From an uncultured cyanobacterium (GTDB lineage: Bacteria > Cyanobacteriota > Cyanobacteriia > CAKZMO01), in the NCBI GenBank assembly GCA_963719515.1, contig CAVRCJ010000003.1, positions 1 to 64,000 of the forward strand: 64,000 bases of DNA. Reading direction: 5' to 3'. Below are positions 20,533-30,864 of the stretch, piece by piece. A program made the translations under genes and the position numbers. The notes under the pieces are model-generated. The model saw only the letters and a list, made by a program, of their open reading frames with translations. It searched no databases and was not told the origin of the DNA. The stretch's first letter is position 1, and each line of letters begins with the position of its first letter.

Positions 20533-21162
20533 CTACGACGCCTGCAGCTGGTGTCCCTTAGGGGGGTATAGGGTGTGCTGGGAGGCTAGAGACTGGGGGA
20601 CTGAAGGCGGGGAAATAGAGGGTATTATCGTCGGTGTATTGGCGCTGCCCCTCATCAGTAGATGGGTTAAGCGATCTAAAACCTGAATAAAATCGGCGGC
20701 GATCGCGCTGCAGTTTTTTGGGGTTAGCTTAGGGACATGGACAAACAGGCAGGGCGTTGCTGAAGTGCCCTGTAGATAGTTGAGCACGTCGTAATACAGC
20801 CGATTACACACAAAGCGGCCGGCATCATCGCCAATTTCTGTTGCCGGGAGCCCCGCCGTGAGCTCGGATAGCGGCAGAGTCGAATGTAGCTTCCTTTGTC
20901 CCTGGACAGCAGTGGATTCAAGCCGCAGCTTGTAGCGGGGTTCTACCATCCCGCAGCACACTACGGCAGCAGGGCGATAACTCTCGATAGCCGAAATCAC
21001 CCGCTGAGGAGCTTGCTCAAAGTGAACAGGCAGTCGCCGTAAGAAGCGCAGCTTTGCCAAGTGAGGGTAGCTAGCGGCAACGATCTGCAGCAGCTCATCG
21101 GATGAATTGGAAATCTGATCAGGCTTCCAAACCTGAAACGACGTCAGCAGAATATCTTCCAT
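20533..21162 (-). CDS. Pyroglutamyl peptidase I-like (peptidase C15)
   Basis: ILLTSF, LPV, LES, DAGRFVCNRLYY, FVHVP. Confidence 0.85.
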   Translation of the reverse strand: MEDILLTSFQVWKPDQISNSSDELLQIVAASYPHLAKLRFLRRLPVHFEQAPQRVISAIESYRPAAVVCCGMVEPRYKLRLESTAVQGQRKLHSTLPLSELTAGLPATEIGDDAGRFVCNRLYYDVLNYLQGTSATPCLFVHVPKLTPKNCSAIAADFIQVLDRLTHLLMRGSANTPTIIPSISPPSVPQSLASQHTLYPPKGHQLQAS

Positions 21163-21664
21163 GAAGCAATGTACCTGAACGGATAAAAAAGACGGGGAGC
21201 GATTCTCTAGACGCTCCCGCTGAGGGGGGCTGATGCAAGCTACATTCATACTGGAACGTCAATGCCGTGACGCGCCAGCAAGCCCCTCAAATTGAACGGT
21301 TTCTCTGAGGCAAGATATTCTCGATCCTGGCGATGCCAGGAGCAGTGGTAAAGACTTTACTCGCAGTAGAGCTTTAACAGAAGGATCCTAGAGTTTATCC
21401 AGGCCGACAATATCGCTGCAGCTTGCGAGTAAGCAGTCCGTTGACGCCCAACCGGCGACAAAACTAGTCTATGAATTTTCCGGACACACCCACAGCCCCG
21501 CAGCAAAAAGTTTAATGCTTCTTTAAGGTATTATTGCGGTTGCTTATCTTGACTTTAACCTGTTTTTCACAAGAGGGCCTTCTGGCGACACCGCGGCTGG
21601 TTCTTGTGCAGCAACACCGTACAATACAGGGCTAGCTAGCGAAGTAACACGTGGGGACGCACGC

Positions 21665-22402
21665 ATGAAATCAGTTTCCGGATTTGTCATCAAGCAGCTG
21701 GAGAAAATAGTGCCGTATGTAGAAAGAACGGTGCCAGCCTACTCCAAGGTGGGAGAATCAGTCTTCTTCACCGCTGATCAGTTTCCCTGGACTGCCCTGC
21801 TAGAGGACAACTGGACCACGATTCGACAGGAGCTAGACGAAATTCTAGAGCGGGTCGACGAACTTCCGAACTTTCAGGACATTTCAAAGCGGCAGTACCG
21901 GATTGCCAACGACAATCGCTGGAAGACCTATTTCTTTTGGGCATTTGGCTTTCGGGCCGAGGGTAACTGTCAACGCTGTCCGCAAACAACGAAGTTGTTA
22001 GAGCAAATTCCGGGACTCAAGGTGGCCTTCTTCTCTATTCTTGCCCCCGGAAAGCACATTCCCCGACACCGAGGCAAGCACAAAGGACTAATTCGCTATC
22101 ACCTGGGCCTAAAAGTGCCCGAGCCTATTGAGCAATGCTACATCCAGGTAGACGACCAAATTGCCCACTGGCAAGAAGGCGAAAGTATAATTTTTGACGA
22201 TACCTACTACCACGAGGTCTGGAACAATACAGAGGGATATCGGGCCGTTCTGTTTCTAGACATCGTTCGCCCGATGCGGTTTCCTCTATCGGCAGTCAAT
22301 TGGCTCGTGTGTCGCCTAGTGGCCGCATCGCCCATCGTTCAGGATGCTCGAACAAGTCACGATGCTTGGGAGAAAAAGTTTGAGGCGGCGGGAAAATCCT
22401 AA
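21665..22402 (+). CDS. Aspartyl/asparaginyl beta-hydroxylase family 2OG-Fe(II) dioxygenase (LpxO/OlsC-like)
   Basis: FSILAPGKHIPRHRG, RYHLGLKVP, FDDTYYHEVWN, RAVLFLD. Confidence 0.9.
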   Translation: MKSVSGFVIKQLEKIVPYVERTVPAYSKVGESVFFTADQFPWTALLEDNWTTIRQELDEILERVDELPNFQDISKRQYRIANDNRWKTYFFWAFGFRAEGNCQRCPQTTKLLEQIPGLKVAFFSILAPGKHIPRHRGKHKGLIRYHLGLKVPEPIEQCYIQVDDQIAHWQEGESIIFDDTYYHEVWNNTEGYRAVLFLDIVRPMRFPLSAVNWLVCRLVAASPIVQDARTSHDAWEKKFEAAGKS

Positions 22403-22460
22403 GCCCGGATGATCCTAAGCCCAGACGCTCCTAAGCCCGGCTGCTTCTAAGCCCAGACGC
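22397..22460 (+). repeat. Four 16-bp tandem repeats between convergent genes
   Basis: TCCTAAGCCCGGATGA / TCCTAAGCCCAGACGC / TCCTAAGCCCGGCTGC / TTCTAAGCCCAGACGC. Confidence 0.9.
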
Positions 22461-22489
22461 AGCCAGCAGGCGTTTGCCCCCATAATCAC

Positions 22490-23698
22490 CTAATGGTCTA
22501 CTGATGTGCTCTGCGCCGCGGGCACCGCCCAGCTCAATATCCCCACCCCTACAGCCAGCAAGCCCGCGACGTAGAAGACCGGCGTTAGGCCAGCGAACTT
22601 CCAAACTGGGCCGAGGAACAGCGGCGACAAGAACTGACCCAGGGAGTTTGCGCCCGTGCCGATGGCTAGCACACTAGAGCGAAGCTCTGGGGGAGATAGG
22701 GAGGCTAGACCATCGTAGATATTGGGGATGGTGATGCCAAAGCCCATCCCAAACAGCACCGCTGTCGGGACAATCGCCCACAGATGGTCAAGCAGCGGGA
22801 TGGTACACAGCATCCCCCCCATAACCACGAACCCTAGCCCTACCGTTGGCCCCGTCCCAATAGATTTGGCAAGGCGGCTAGCCGCGATCGCCGACATCAC
22901 GGCAGCGCCTACACCGCGAATGGCCAGCACAAAGCCATTGAGGGCCGGACCTGCGTCGATGGCGTCTTTGAGGTACAAAGGCGTATAGATTACCACCGCG
23001 TAGACCACGGCCGCCGCCAGAGTGATGCCCATATACAGCCGCAGGACAGCAGGCTGGCGCACGACCTGTAGCAGCTCCTTGGGACTCGCAATCATGCTGC
23101 TGGACCGATAGCCCCCCTCCCGCAGGAGCAAGGCGGCCAGTAGTGCAACTGGCACTCCGAATCCGTAAAGGTAAAACGCAAACGACCAGTGCATCGAGCC
23201 GACCCACCCGCCTATCAAAGGGATGAGAATACTGGCGGTCGTCATGGCGCTAGTGGCATAGCCCAAGATGCGGGCGCGGGTCTCGCCCTCGTACATCGTG
23301 CTCAACAGGCCGATGCTAGACGCCGCAATTCCGGCGCTAGAAATGCCGAGCAGTACGCGGCTCAGAAGCAGCGGTGAGAGGGTCGTCATAAACCCGCCTG
23401 CAGCGCCAAAGACGCTATAGCAGAGCAAAGACACCAGCAGGACCGGAAGCTTGCCTACCCGATCCGCAAGGAGGCCAAAGATCGGGGTAAATAGGGCGAT
23501 CGCCAAGGCGTGAATGCTGACCAGAGTGCCCGCCCAGCGAGGGTCAAGCTGGAGCTGCAGCACAATTTCGGGCAGCACAGGGGAGACTACCCCTCCGGTC
23601 ATCGTGGTCAAGCAACCCGCCCCGACCAAGATACACAGCTGCGTGAACCGGCGAGAACTGGGTTGGACAAGAAGCTTGGGCAGCATGGTGCATAGCAT
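22490..23698 (-). CDS. MFS transporter
   Basis: GLLADRVGK motif A; about 12 hydrophobic helices. Confidence 0.92.
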   Translation of the reverse strand: MLCTMLPKLLVQPSSRRFTQLCILVGAGCLTTMTGGVVSPVLPEIVLQLQLDPRWAGTLVSIHALAIALFTPIFGLLADRVGKLPVLLVSLLCYSVFGAAGGFMTTLSPLLLSRVLLGISSAGIAASSIGLLSTMYEGETRARILGYATSAMTTASILIPLIGGWVGSMHWSFAFYLYGFGVPVALLAALLLREGGYRSSSMIASPKELLQVVRQPAVLRLYMGITLAAAVVYAVVIYTPLYLKDAIDAGPALNGFVLAIRGVGAAVMSAIAASRLAKSIGTGPTVGLGFVVMGGMLCTIPLLDHLWAIVPTAVLFGMGFGITIPNIYDGLASLSPPELRSSVLAIGTGANSLGQFLSPLFLGPVWKFAGLTPVFYVAGLLAVGVGILSWAVPAAQSTSVDH

Positions 23699-24108
23699 CG
23701 GATCAAAACTTTAGGGGCGCAGCGGCCCGGATGACGTCATGCGACTATACCACCCCGTCCCGCAGGAGGCATATCCGGCACTCCTATGAGAGCCTCTGGA
23801 GGCGGAGCGAAATGGAGGGTAAAGACGCAGCAAACTCAAAAACGCCGAACCAACAAAGGGTCGATTTACCCTGGTTGTCCACGTATGTCAATCATGCGTT
23901 ACTCTTTATAACATGTTGAATGAGCAGTGACAGTGCCTCAACAGCCTACCTGGCGATCCGCCGATGCTCCTGGTTGAGGTAGTATGCATTACTGCAATCT
24001 TTGTACAGTGCCCATTCCGGCATGACTCTAGCGCGTAGCGGTCTAGCACCACGCTGGCGTGTGTATTGTGGCGGCATGTCAGGTATATAAGGTATAAAAG
24101 GTCAATTC

Positions 24109-25326
24109 ATGGACTTGGCAACAACGCTTAAGAGCGAAACGGTACAAACGGCTGTGCGAGAGATTGGGATTAATCCCAACTATTGGTATCCTTTGGGCTG
24201 GTCGAATCGCCTCAAGCGAGGCCAGGCGATACAGGTCATTGTTTGGCAGCGGCCGCTAGCGGTTTATCGAGACAGCGCGGGCAATCTCCACGCCCTCGAC
24301 GACAGGTGCCCCCATCGCGGCGTTGAGCTTCATCGCGGCAAAGTGAGCGGGGAGAATTTGGCCTGTGCCTACCACGGCTGGGAGTTTGACGGTGACAGTG
24401 GGGACTGCGTTTCTATTCCCTATCTGCCGCCGGAGCAAAAGCGCCCCTGTGTCAGCGTTCGCAGCTATCCGGTTCAAGAGAAATACGGGCTAATGTGGGT
24501 CTTTCCGGGAGAGGCGCACCTAGCGGCGGAGCGATCGCTTCCGGAGGTAGGTGAGTTCGAGCAAGACGGCTGGTTCATGGTGCCGATCACCGCCTACTTC
24601 AAAGCTCACTTCTCGGTCTGCAACGAGAACGCCATGGACGTATTTCATGGTTTTTTGCACCAAGATCTTCAAGGCTGGTTTAACCCTGTACTGCTAGACC
24701 TCAAAGCGACGGACAGCGCTATCCAGGCCAAGTATCAGGTGTCCTACAAAGGAATACTGGCTAAGTTCTTGGGGCTGGCCGAGCGGGCCAATGAGGTTAC
24801 AACGCTGCCTATCTCAATCAACTATCGCTACCCCCACTATGCCAGCTCCCTAGAGGGCATCTCGTCGGTCTACCTCATGCGCCTGCCGGTAGATTCTGAC
24901 GAGAGCCGCTCTTTTGCCCTGTTTTTCTTCAGGCTCAGGCTGCCCCGGCGGCTTATGAAGTTCACCTATCCCGTCCTGAGCCGGATTGTTCGTCGGTTTA
25001 TGCTGCGCCCCTTCCTCGCGCAGGATGTGGAGATGATGGAAAGCGAGCAGCGCCAGTATGTGCGTCAGCCCGAGCGCTACGTGGAGATCAATCCGGCGAT
25101 TATCGCACTTCAGCGGGTTATGGTGCGTCAATATGAACGGTTTGTCGCCCGGTCTACCGCCGAATCTGATCATCACGCTGCTGGGCGGTATGCCGCCGAG
25201 AGGAGCGATCTGGCGACAGCTTGGGCATCACAAGACTCTCAGGCTGTCGTCTCGGTGGCTCAAGAGGGGAACCCAAACTGCGATTCAGACCAGGCTAGAA
25301 CTGTCACAGCCTCATCAGAGGAGTGA
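24109..25326 (+). CDS. Rieske non-heme iron oxygenase, alpha subunit (VanA/PAO-like)
   Basis: CPHR...CAYHGW Rieske motif; ENAMDVFHGFLH mononuclear Fe motif; distal QD. Confidence 0.92.
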   Translation: MDLATTLKSETVQTAVREIGINPNYWYPLGWSNRLKRGQAIQVIVWQRPLAVYRDSAGNLHALDDRCPHRGVELHRGKVSGENLACAYHGWEFDGDSGDCVSIPYLPPEQKRPCVSVRSYPVQEKYGLMWVFPGEAHLAAERSLPEVGEFEQDGWFMVPITAYFKAHFSVCNENAMDVFHGFLHQDLQGWFNPVLLDLKATDSAIQAKYQVSYKGILAKFLGLAERANEVTTLPISINYRYPHYASSLEGISSVYLMRLPVDSDESRSFALFFFRLRLPRRLMKFTYPVLSRIVRRFMLRPFLAQDVEMMESEQRQYVRQPERYVEINPAIIALQRVMVRQYERFVARSTAESDHHAAGRYAAERSDLATAWASQDSQAVVSVAQEGNPNCDSDQARTVTASSEE

Positions 25327-25633
25327 AAGAATGTCTGGCAAAGTGATAGGAGGTTTCACTGTATCAGTCTGCTGGAGTATCCCGTACTGGGACAGCCCCA
25401 TGACACGGGTCAGGAGGACAGGTGGATCCAAATCGCATCATCCTGGCGGTTGGTCCATTTGACCGAAGTACTAGGTGCTCAACGGATAAGCATGTCAGGA
25501 TGAAGAAATGCAACGCCGAAGGTTACAGGTTTCAGATTGAGATGGGATAGACCTATCCGATATCGAGGCCAACAGCGAGAGGCGATCTGCAAACACTCGC
25601 GAGTTAAACAGTTAAGGTGAGGGGAGTTTTACT

Positions 25634-26932
25634 GTGGAAGTTGTTCAAGAATACGTTCAGCGTTGGTACGAAAGTGGCCTTGAGCCTGATGAATACGTCT
25701 GTCTAGGTCGCCAAGGCAATCTGGTCGACATTGAAGACGCTGCCACAGGCGATCGCCATCAGGTCTTGACGTTTTGCACTAATGACGTGCTGGGCTTGGT
25801 GCAAAATCAGGCGGTCCAAGACGCCGCCATCGATGCTATTCGACAGTATGGCACCTCAAATAGTTCCTGCGCGGTACTGAGTGGTCGCATCGATCTGCAC
25901 CGTCAGCTCGAAAAAGAGATCTCAGAGTTCAAGCACCTGCCGCATACTCAACTCTTCCTCAACGCCTGGATGGCTCTCCAAGCGCTCATGGATGCCTTTT
26001 GCCATTTGGCGATTCCGGTTCCCGGTTTTCAGCATACCCGGGAGACGCTGATTCTCAGTGATGTGCTCAACCACGGCTGCATCATCTCTGCGATTACAAA
26101 CGCCGGTACGCGGTCCGGAAAAATGTTTGGCCATAGCCCTCGGGTACGGGTAAGAGCCTACCGCCACTGCAGTAGCGAAGATTTAGCCCGCAAGCTAAAG
26201 CGCTACGCCCAGCCCAACGATCGCATCATGGTCATCTCCGACGCCGTCTTTTCTATGGACGGTGATTTGGCCCCATTACCCGAGATGATCGACGTGATGT
26301 CGGCCTATCCCGGCAGCGTGCTGGTGATGGACGAGGCTCACGCTAGCGGCGCGATTGGGGCGACGGGGCGCGGCATCTATGAGTACTACAACATCACGCC
26401 GCAGGCTGCTTTGGATAAAGGAGTGGTGCCGCTAATCATGACCACCTTCTCTAAGTTCGCTGCCTCTGCCGGGGCCGCTATCAGCTCTCCGGTGGCCGAA
26501 CTCAAGCCGCTGCTACATGTGTCGCCCACCTCTATTGGCACTATTTCGCTACCCGCACCCATCACCGCTGCCGCTTTGGAGAGCCTCCGTCAGGTGCGCA
26601 GTCGCCCAGAGCTTGTGCGTCGCCTGCAGGAGAACACGCGCTACCTGCGATCGCAGCTGCAAGAGCGGGGTTTTGAAACTATCGGTGAAACTAACGTCAT
26701 TCCAGTGATTTTGCCGGACGACGTCGATCCCAAACTGTTCGCCCGGACGCTGATGTACGACTACGGTATTTGGGTGTCGCCGATTTGGTTCATTGCCAAG
26801 CCCCGCCTCCGAATTACGTCTAACGCACTCCATACTCGCGAAGACATGAATCGTCTTGTGGATGCCATGAGCGAGATTCGGGCGGCGCTGCATAAGCCGG
26901 AGTTGACTCAACCTTCTCCTTCAGTCGCCTAA
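25634..26932 (+). CDS. PLP-dependent alpha-oxoamine synthase family enzyme (BioF/SPT/Kbl-like)
   Basis: TNDVLGL, SDVLNHGCII, VFSMDGD, DEAH, TTFSK (PLP lysine); GTG start after GGAG. Confidence 0.88.
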   Translation: MEVVQEYVQRWYESGLEPDEYVCLGRQGNLVDIEDAATGDRHQVLTFCTNDVLGLVQNQAVQDAAIDAIRQYGTSNSSCAVLSGRIDLHRQLEKEISEFKHLPHTQLFLNAWMALQALMDAFCHLAIPVPGFQHTRETLILSDVLNHGCIISAITNAGTRSGKMFGHSPRVRVRAYRHCSSEDLARKLKRYAQPNDRIMVISDAVFSMDGDLAPLPEMIDVMSAYPGSVLVMDEAHASGAIGATGRGIYEYYNITPQAALDKGVVPLIMTTFSKFAASAGAAISSPVAELKPLLHVSPTSIGTISLPAPITAAALESLRQVRSRPELVRRLQENTRYLRSQLQERGFETIGETNVIPVILPDDVDPKLFARTLMYDYGIWVSPIWFIAKPRLRITSNALHTREDMNRLVDAMSEIRAALHKPELTQPSPSVA

Positions 26933-26964
26933 ACGGCACCTGAACGACGCTGAAGTCAATCGAG

Positions 26965-27738
26965 TCACGCGAAGGTGGAGGAGCCAAAATCTGGGGGAAC
27001 GTCTTGAAGCCGCCCAGGACCCACCGCCTTTAGCGCCTCCGCTAGCTGCAAATTACCGCTGTAGAGCGCCCGGCCTACGATGACGCCGCTCACCCCGACA
27101 GGCTCAAGAGCCAGCAAGCCCAGTAAGTCTCTCACCGTGCTGATGCCGCCCGACGCGATCACAGGCACCGAGACGGACTGGGCTATTGCTCTGAGCGCCT
27201 CTTTGTTCGGCCCCTGTAGGGTTCCATCGCGGTAGATGTCGGTATAGATCACGTTGGCGACCCCGCAGTTCGCCATCTGTTGAGCTAGCTCGACGGCATC
27301 TATGCCTGAGGTCTCAACCCAGCCGCGCGTAGCCACCTTGCCGTCACGGGCGTCAATGCCCACAACGATCTGCCCTGGGAAAGCCTGGCATAGGGTCTCA
27401 ACCAGGTCAGGATCCTCTACCGCAGCCGTTCCTAAAATAACTTGGGCAACGCCACGAGATAGCAGGTCTTCAGCAGTCTTCTGGGAGCGGACCCCCCCTC
27501 CCACCTGAACCGGAACGGAGACAGCTTGGACGATGGCTTCGATAGTGCCATAGTTGGTCGGCTGCCCCGTTTTAGCGCCATCTAGGTCAACCAAATGTAG
27601 ACGACCTGCCCCCTGGTCGACCCACTGCTGCGCGACGGCCAAGGGGTCTTCACTAAAAATCTCTGACTGCTGATAGTCCCCTTGATAGAGTCGCACACAG
27701 CGGCCGTCAAGCAAATCGATGGCAGGAATAACGTTCAT
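26965..27738 (-). CDS. hisA: ProFAR isomerase
   Basis: [37 protein letters not shown]. Confidence 0.97.
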   Translation of the reverse strand: MNVIPAIDLLDGRCVRLYQGDYQQSEIFSEDPLAVAQQWVDQGAGRLHLVDLDGAKTGQPTNYGTIEAIVQAVSVPVQVGGGVRSQKTAEDLLSRGVAQVILGTAAVEDPDLVETLCQAFPGQIVVGIDARDGKVATRGWVETSGIDAVELAQQMANCGVANVIYTDIYRDGTLQGPNKEALRAIAQSVSVPVIASGGISTVRDLLGLLALEPVGVSGVIVGRALYSGNLQLAEALKAVGPGRLQDVPPDFGSSTFA

Positions 27739-27993
27739 AGGGCACTTAGAATACGGTGAACAAGGGCTGTTGAAGATGACGAAGCTGCCTGCCCAGACAG
27801 CTTCGAGCCTTTATAGCCCCTCGGTCATGATCAAAGATATCTCAACTGTACGCTCCATTGGGCCACCCAGTGACCATACGGCTGCTGTGGCGCTAAGATC
27901 AGTAAAAGGCAGCGCAATGGTGCCAGCTGAGCTAGGGTGCTCGCTGAGCCCGAGCCCTACCGTCACTGCTCTAATCCTCATAAGACCAATCCT

Positions 27994-28194
27994 ATGTCGG
28001 CGATTCCCAATCAGCGACTGCAGTACTTTAATTGCTGTGGCTATGCATTCATCGGGGCAGGAGGCTTCATGCTGCTGTCCTGGCTGAATCCGGTTGACAC
28101 TCCCCAAAGCGGTGCGGTGCTTGCACTTCTCGTGGTCGGTCTGGTCACCTATCGCCGTCTACGACATCGGTCGCGACAACAGCGGCAGCTTTAA
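27994..28194 (+). CDS. Small membrane protein upstream of the Cu-ATPase
   Basis: 66 aa, two hydrophobic segments, Arg-rich tail, CC pair; 26 bp before the ATPase start. Confidence 0.45.
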   Translation: MSAIPNQRLQYFNCCGYAFIGAGGFMLLSWLNPVDTPQSGAVLALLVVGLVTYRRLRHRSRQQRQL

Positions 28195-28220
28195 CGTGGG
28201 GGCCCACTTAGTCATAATTT

Positions 28221-30641
28221 ATGCAAACCACATCTCCAGATCGCGCTCAACCCGCTGAGGGTCAGTCTACTCAAACCGGCCGCCCTGATTCTCAGACAGA
28301 CACCTTAACCCTGAGGGTGGGTGGCATGAAATGTGCAGGCTGCGCCCAAGTCGTTGAGCGCCGTCTCACGCAGTACGCAGGGATTAATGCCGCAACGGTG
28401 AATCTAGTCACCGAAAAAGCCTGGGTGGAGTACGACCCTGGCCTCGACGATGACAGTTTGGTTCGAGCGCTGAGCGACCATCTGGCTGGCGCCGGCTTTT
28501 CGGCTGAACGGACACTGCCGGGTGCATCAGGCCTAACAGACGAAAATCGCCAGGAGAAGCAGGCTCAGATGAGGCGGCTGGCGATCGCAACGCTGCTGCT
28601 GCTGTTCTCAGCGATAGGACATGCCGGAGAGCTGGAGTGGTTCAGGCTACCGGTCTTGAGCACAATCTGGTTTCACTTTTGGCTGGCGACGGCGGCGCTC
28701 GTCGGGCCGGGCCGGGAGATTTTGCAGGACGGTTGGCAGGGCTTTTGGCGACGACTGCCCAACATGAATTCCTTAGTTGGGTTAGGAATGGTAACGTCCT
28801 ACGGGGCCAGCGCGGTGGCACTGCTCTACCCCTCTCTCCACTGGGAATGCTTTTTCGATGAGCCCGTCATGCTGGTGGGCTTCATTTTGCTGGGTAGAAC
28901 CCTGGAGCATCGCGCCCGCTCCCGTGCGGCATCCTCTCTGCGATCGCTCCTATCGCTGCAGCCCACCCAGGCCCGGCGCCTTTTGACGGACAAAGCCACG
29001 CTGCTGTCTCAGAAGGGCATCCTAAATCTTTCCCAAAGCCAGACGATCCCAGCCGAAGCGCTGCAGACTGGCCAGATTCTGGCGGTGCTGCCGGGAGAAA
29101 AGATTCCGGCGGACGGCTCAATACTGGTGGGCAAAACCACCGTCGATGAGTCGCTGCTGACCGGCGAGTCGTTGCCGGTGGTCAAGGACAAGGGGGATCC
29201 TCTCAGCGCCGGGAGCCTTAACCAAACCGGGGCGATCGCCGTTGAAGTAACCCGCGTCGGCGATCGAACAACGCTCGCCCAAATTATCCAGCTTGTGGAG
29301 ACGGCTCAAATCCGTAAGGCCCCTATTCAGCGGCTTGCTGATACCGCTGCTGGGTACTTTACCTACGGCGTTTTAGCGGTGGCGGCGCTGACGTTTTTGT
29401 TTTGGTACGGCATCGGGACCAGCCTGTTTCCCGAGATACTTCAAGCCGGGGCAGCTCATCTGCACCATATGCCCCATCATGCCCAGATTGCCGCGGCTCC
29501 GCTGATCGTCAGCCTCAAGCTGAGCATTGCGGTATTGGTAGTGGCCTGCCCTTGCGCCCTTGGCCTAGCGACGCCTACTGCGATTCTGGTGGGGTCGGGC
29601 CTCGGGGCAGAGCAGGGCGTCTTGATCCGAGGCGGCGACGTTTTAGAGACGGTGCATCAGCTAGATACCGTCGTGTTCGATAAAACGGGTACCTTGACGG
29701 TCGGTCAGCCCGTACTGGCCCACTGCCAGCTGCTGAGCGATCGCTTTGGGGATAGGGTTGAGCCGGTGACTGAAGCCTATGCGCTCCAGCTGGCCGCTGC
29801 CGCAGAGCAGGGTACTCACCATCCAATCGCGATCGCCCTGCAAAACGCCGCGTCCCGTCAGGCCCTTCCAGCATTAGAGGCACAGGCGTTTCAAACCGCC
29901 CCTGGTGGAGGGGTTTTAGCGGTGGTTGATGGTCATCAGATTCACCTGGGGTCGCCAGATTGGTTGAAAGAGCTGGGGATTGATGCTAGCGACGGCGCAC
30001 CCTCCATCGCCCCCGGGGATACCGCCGTGATGCTAGCGGTAGACCGAATGCCTGTGGCCTCGTTTGCCGTTCGAGACGAAATTCGGGAAAACGCCGCCAA
30101 AACCCTACGCCAGCTTCAGGAGATGGGGCTACAGGTGGTGATGCTGACGGGCGATCGCCTCGAAACGGCAGCCGCTGTTGCTGAGACACTGGGGCTCCCG
30201 ATGAGCCAGGTCCAGGCCCAGGTAAAGCCCGAGCAAAAAGCGGCTACCATCACCCAGCTCCAGACCCAGGGGCAAACCGTCGCGATGGTCGGCGATGGCA
30301 TCAACGACGCCCCTGCCCTGGCCCAGGCTGACGTCGGCATCTCCCTCCACGACGCCACTGATATCGCTGTTGAGACCGCCGACATTATCTTGACTACCGG
30401 CAGGTTGACAGACGTTACCCGCTCCATTCGCCTCAGTCAGCGCGTCTTTAACAAAATTCGCCAAAATTTATTTTGGGCGTTCGCCTACAATATCTTGGGG
30501 ATTCCTGCCGCCGCTGGGCTTTTCTTTCCGCTGACGGGTCTGCTCCTCAGCCCGGCAACAGCGGGAGCGCTGATGGCCCTGAGTTCGGTGAGCGTCGTCA
30601 CCAACTCGCTGCTGTTGAATTACGACAGTGAGGTCTCGTGA
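28221..30641 (+). CDS. ctaA: Copper-translocating P1B-type ATPase (CtaA-like)
   Basis: GMKCAGC metal-binding domain, TGES, CPC, DKTGT, GDGINDAP, YN and MxxSS Cu(I) motifs. Confidence 0.9.
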   Translation: MQTTSPDRAQPAEGQSTQTGRPDSQTDTLTLRVGGMKCAGCAQVVERRLTQYAGINAATVNLVTEKAWVEYDPGLDDDSLVRALSDHLAGAGFSAERTLPGASGLTDENRQEKQAQMRRLAIATLLLLFSAIGHAGELEWFRLPVLSTIWFHFWLATAALVGPGREILQDGWQGFWRRLPNMNSLVGLGMVTSYGASAVALLYPSLHWECFFDEPVMLVGFILLGRTLEHRARSRAASSLRSLLSLQPTQARRLLTDKATLLSQKGILNLSQSQTIPAEALQTGQILAVLPGEKIPADGSILVGKTTVDESLLTGESLPVVKDKGDPLSAGSLNQTGAIAVEVTRVGDRTTLAQIIQLVETAQIRKAPIQRLADTAAGYFTYGVLAVAALTFLFWYGIGTSLFPEILQAGAAHLHHMPHHAQIAAAPLIVSLKLSIAVLVVACPCALGLATPTAILVGSGLGAEQGVLIRGGDVLETVHQLDTVVFDKTGTLTVGQPVLAHCQLLSDRFGDRVEPVTEAYALQLAAAAEQGTHHPIAIALQNAASRQALPALEAQAFQTAPGGGVLAVVDGHQIHLGSPDWLKELGIDASDGAPSIAPGDTAVMLAVDRMPVASFAVRDEIRENAAKTLRQLQEMGLQVVMLTGDRLETAAAVAETLGLPMSQVQAQVKPEQKAATITQLQTQGQTVAMVGDGINDAPALAQADVGISLHDATDIAVETADIILTTGRLTDVTRSIRLSQRVFNKIRQNLFWAFAYNILGIPAAAGLFFPLTGLLLSPATAGALMALSSVSVVTNSLLLNYDSEVS

Positions 30642-30864
30642 GATCTGGCGTCATCTCGAGCGACTCTTACTGGCTGAGCTGACTGGAAAGTTTTCAGAAT
30701 TGAGTTACTCTAGACTAGAACAACTCGGCTCGGTTACAATGAGTCGCCTATCTATCGTAAGTTCTTACGCAAGAATTGTTTTTTCGTAAGGGTGGGTGTA
30801 GCAAGAACCTACAGAGCGTATCTTCAAACGCCATTTCTACACATGTTGATACTGTGAATTAGCA

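Noticed and set aside
22397..22460. Possible mini-CRISPR array
   Set aside because: Units are contiguous 16-mers without unique spacers, and there are no cas genes in the window
25327..25633. Possible riboswitch upstream of the alpha-oxoamine synthase
   Set aside because: No recognisable aptamer consensus or terminator; an Infernal/Rfam scan would be needed to exclude it formally
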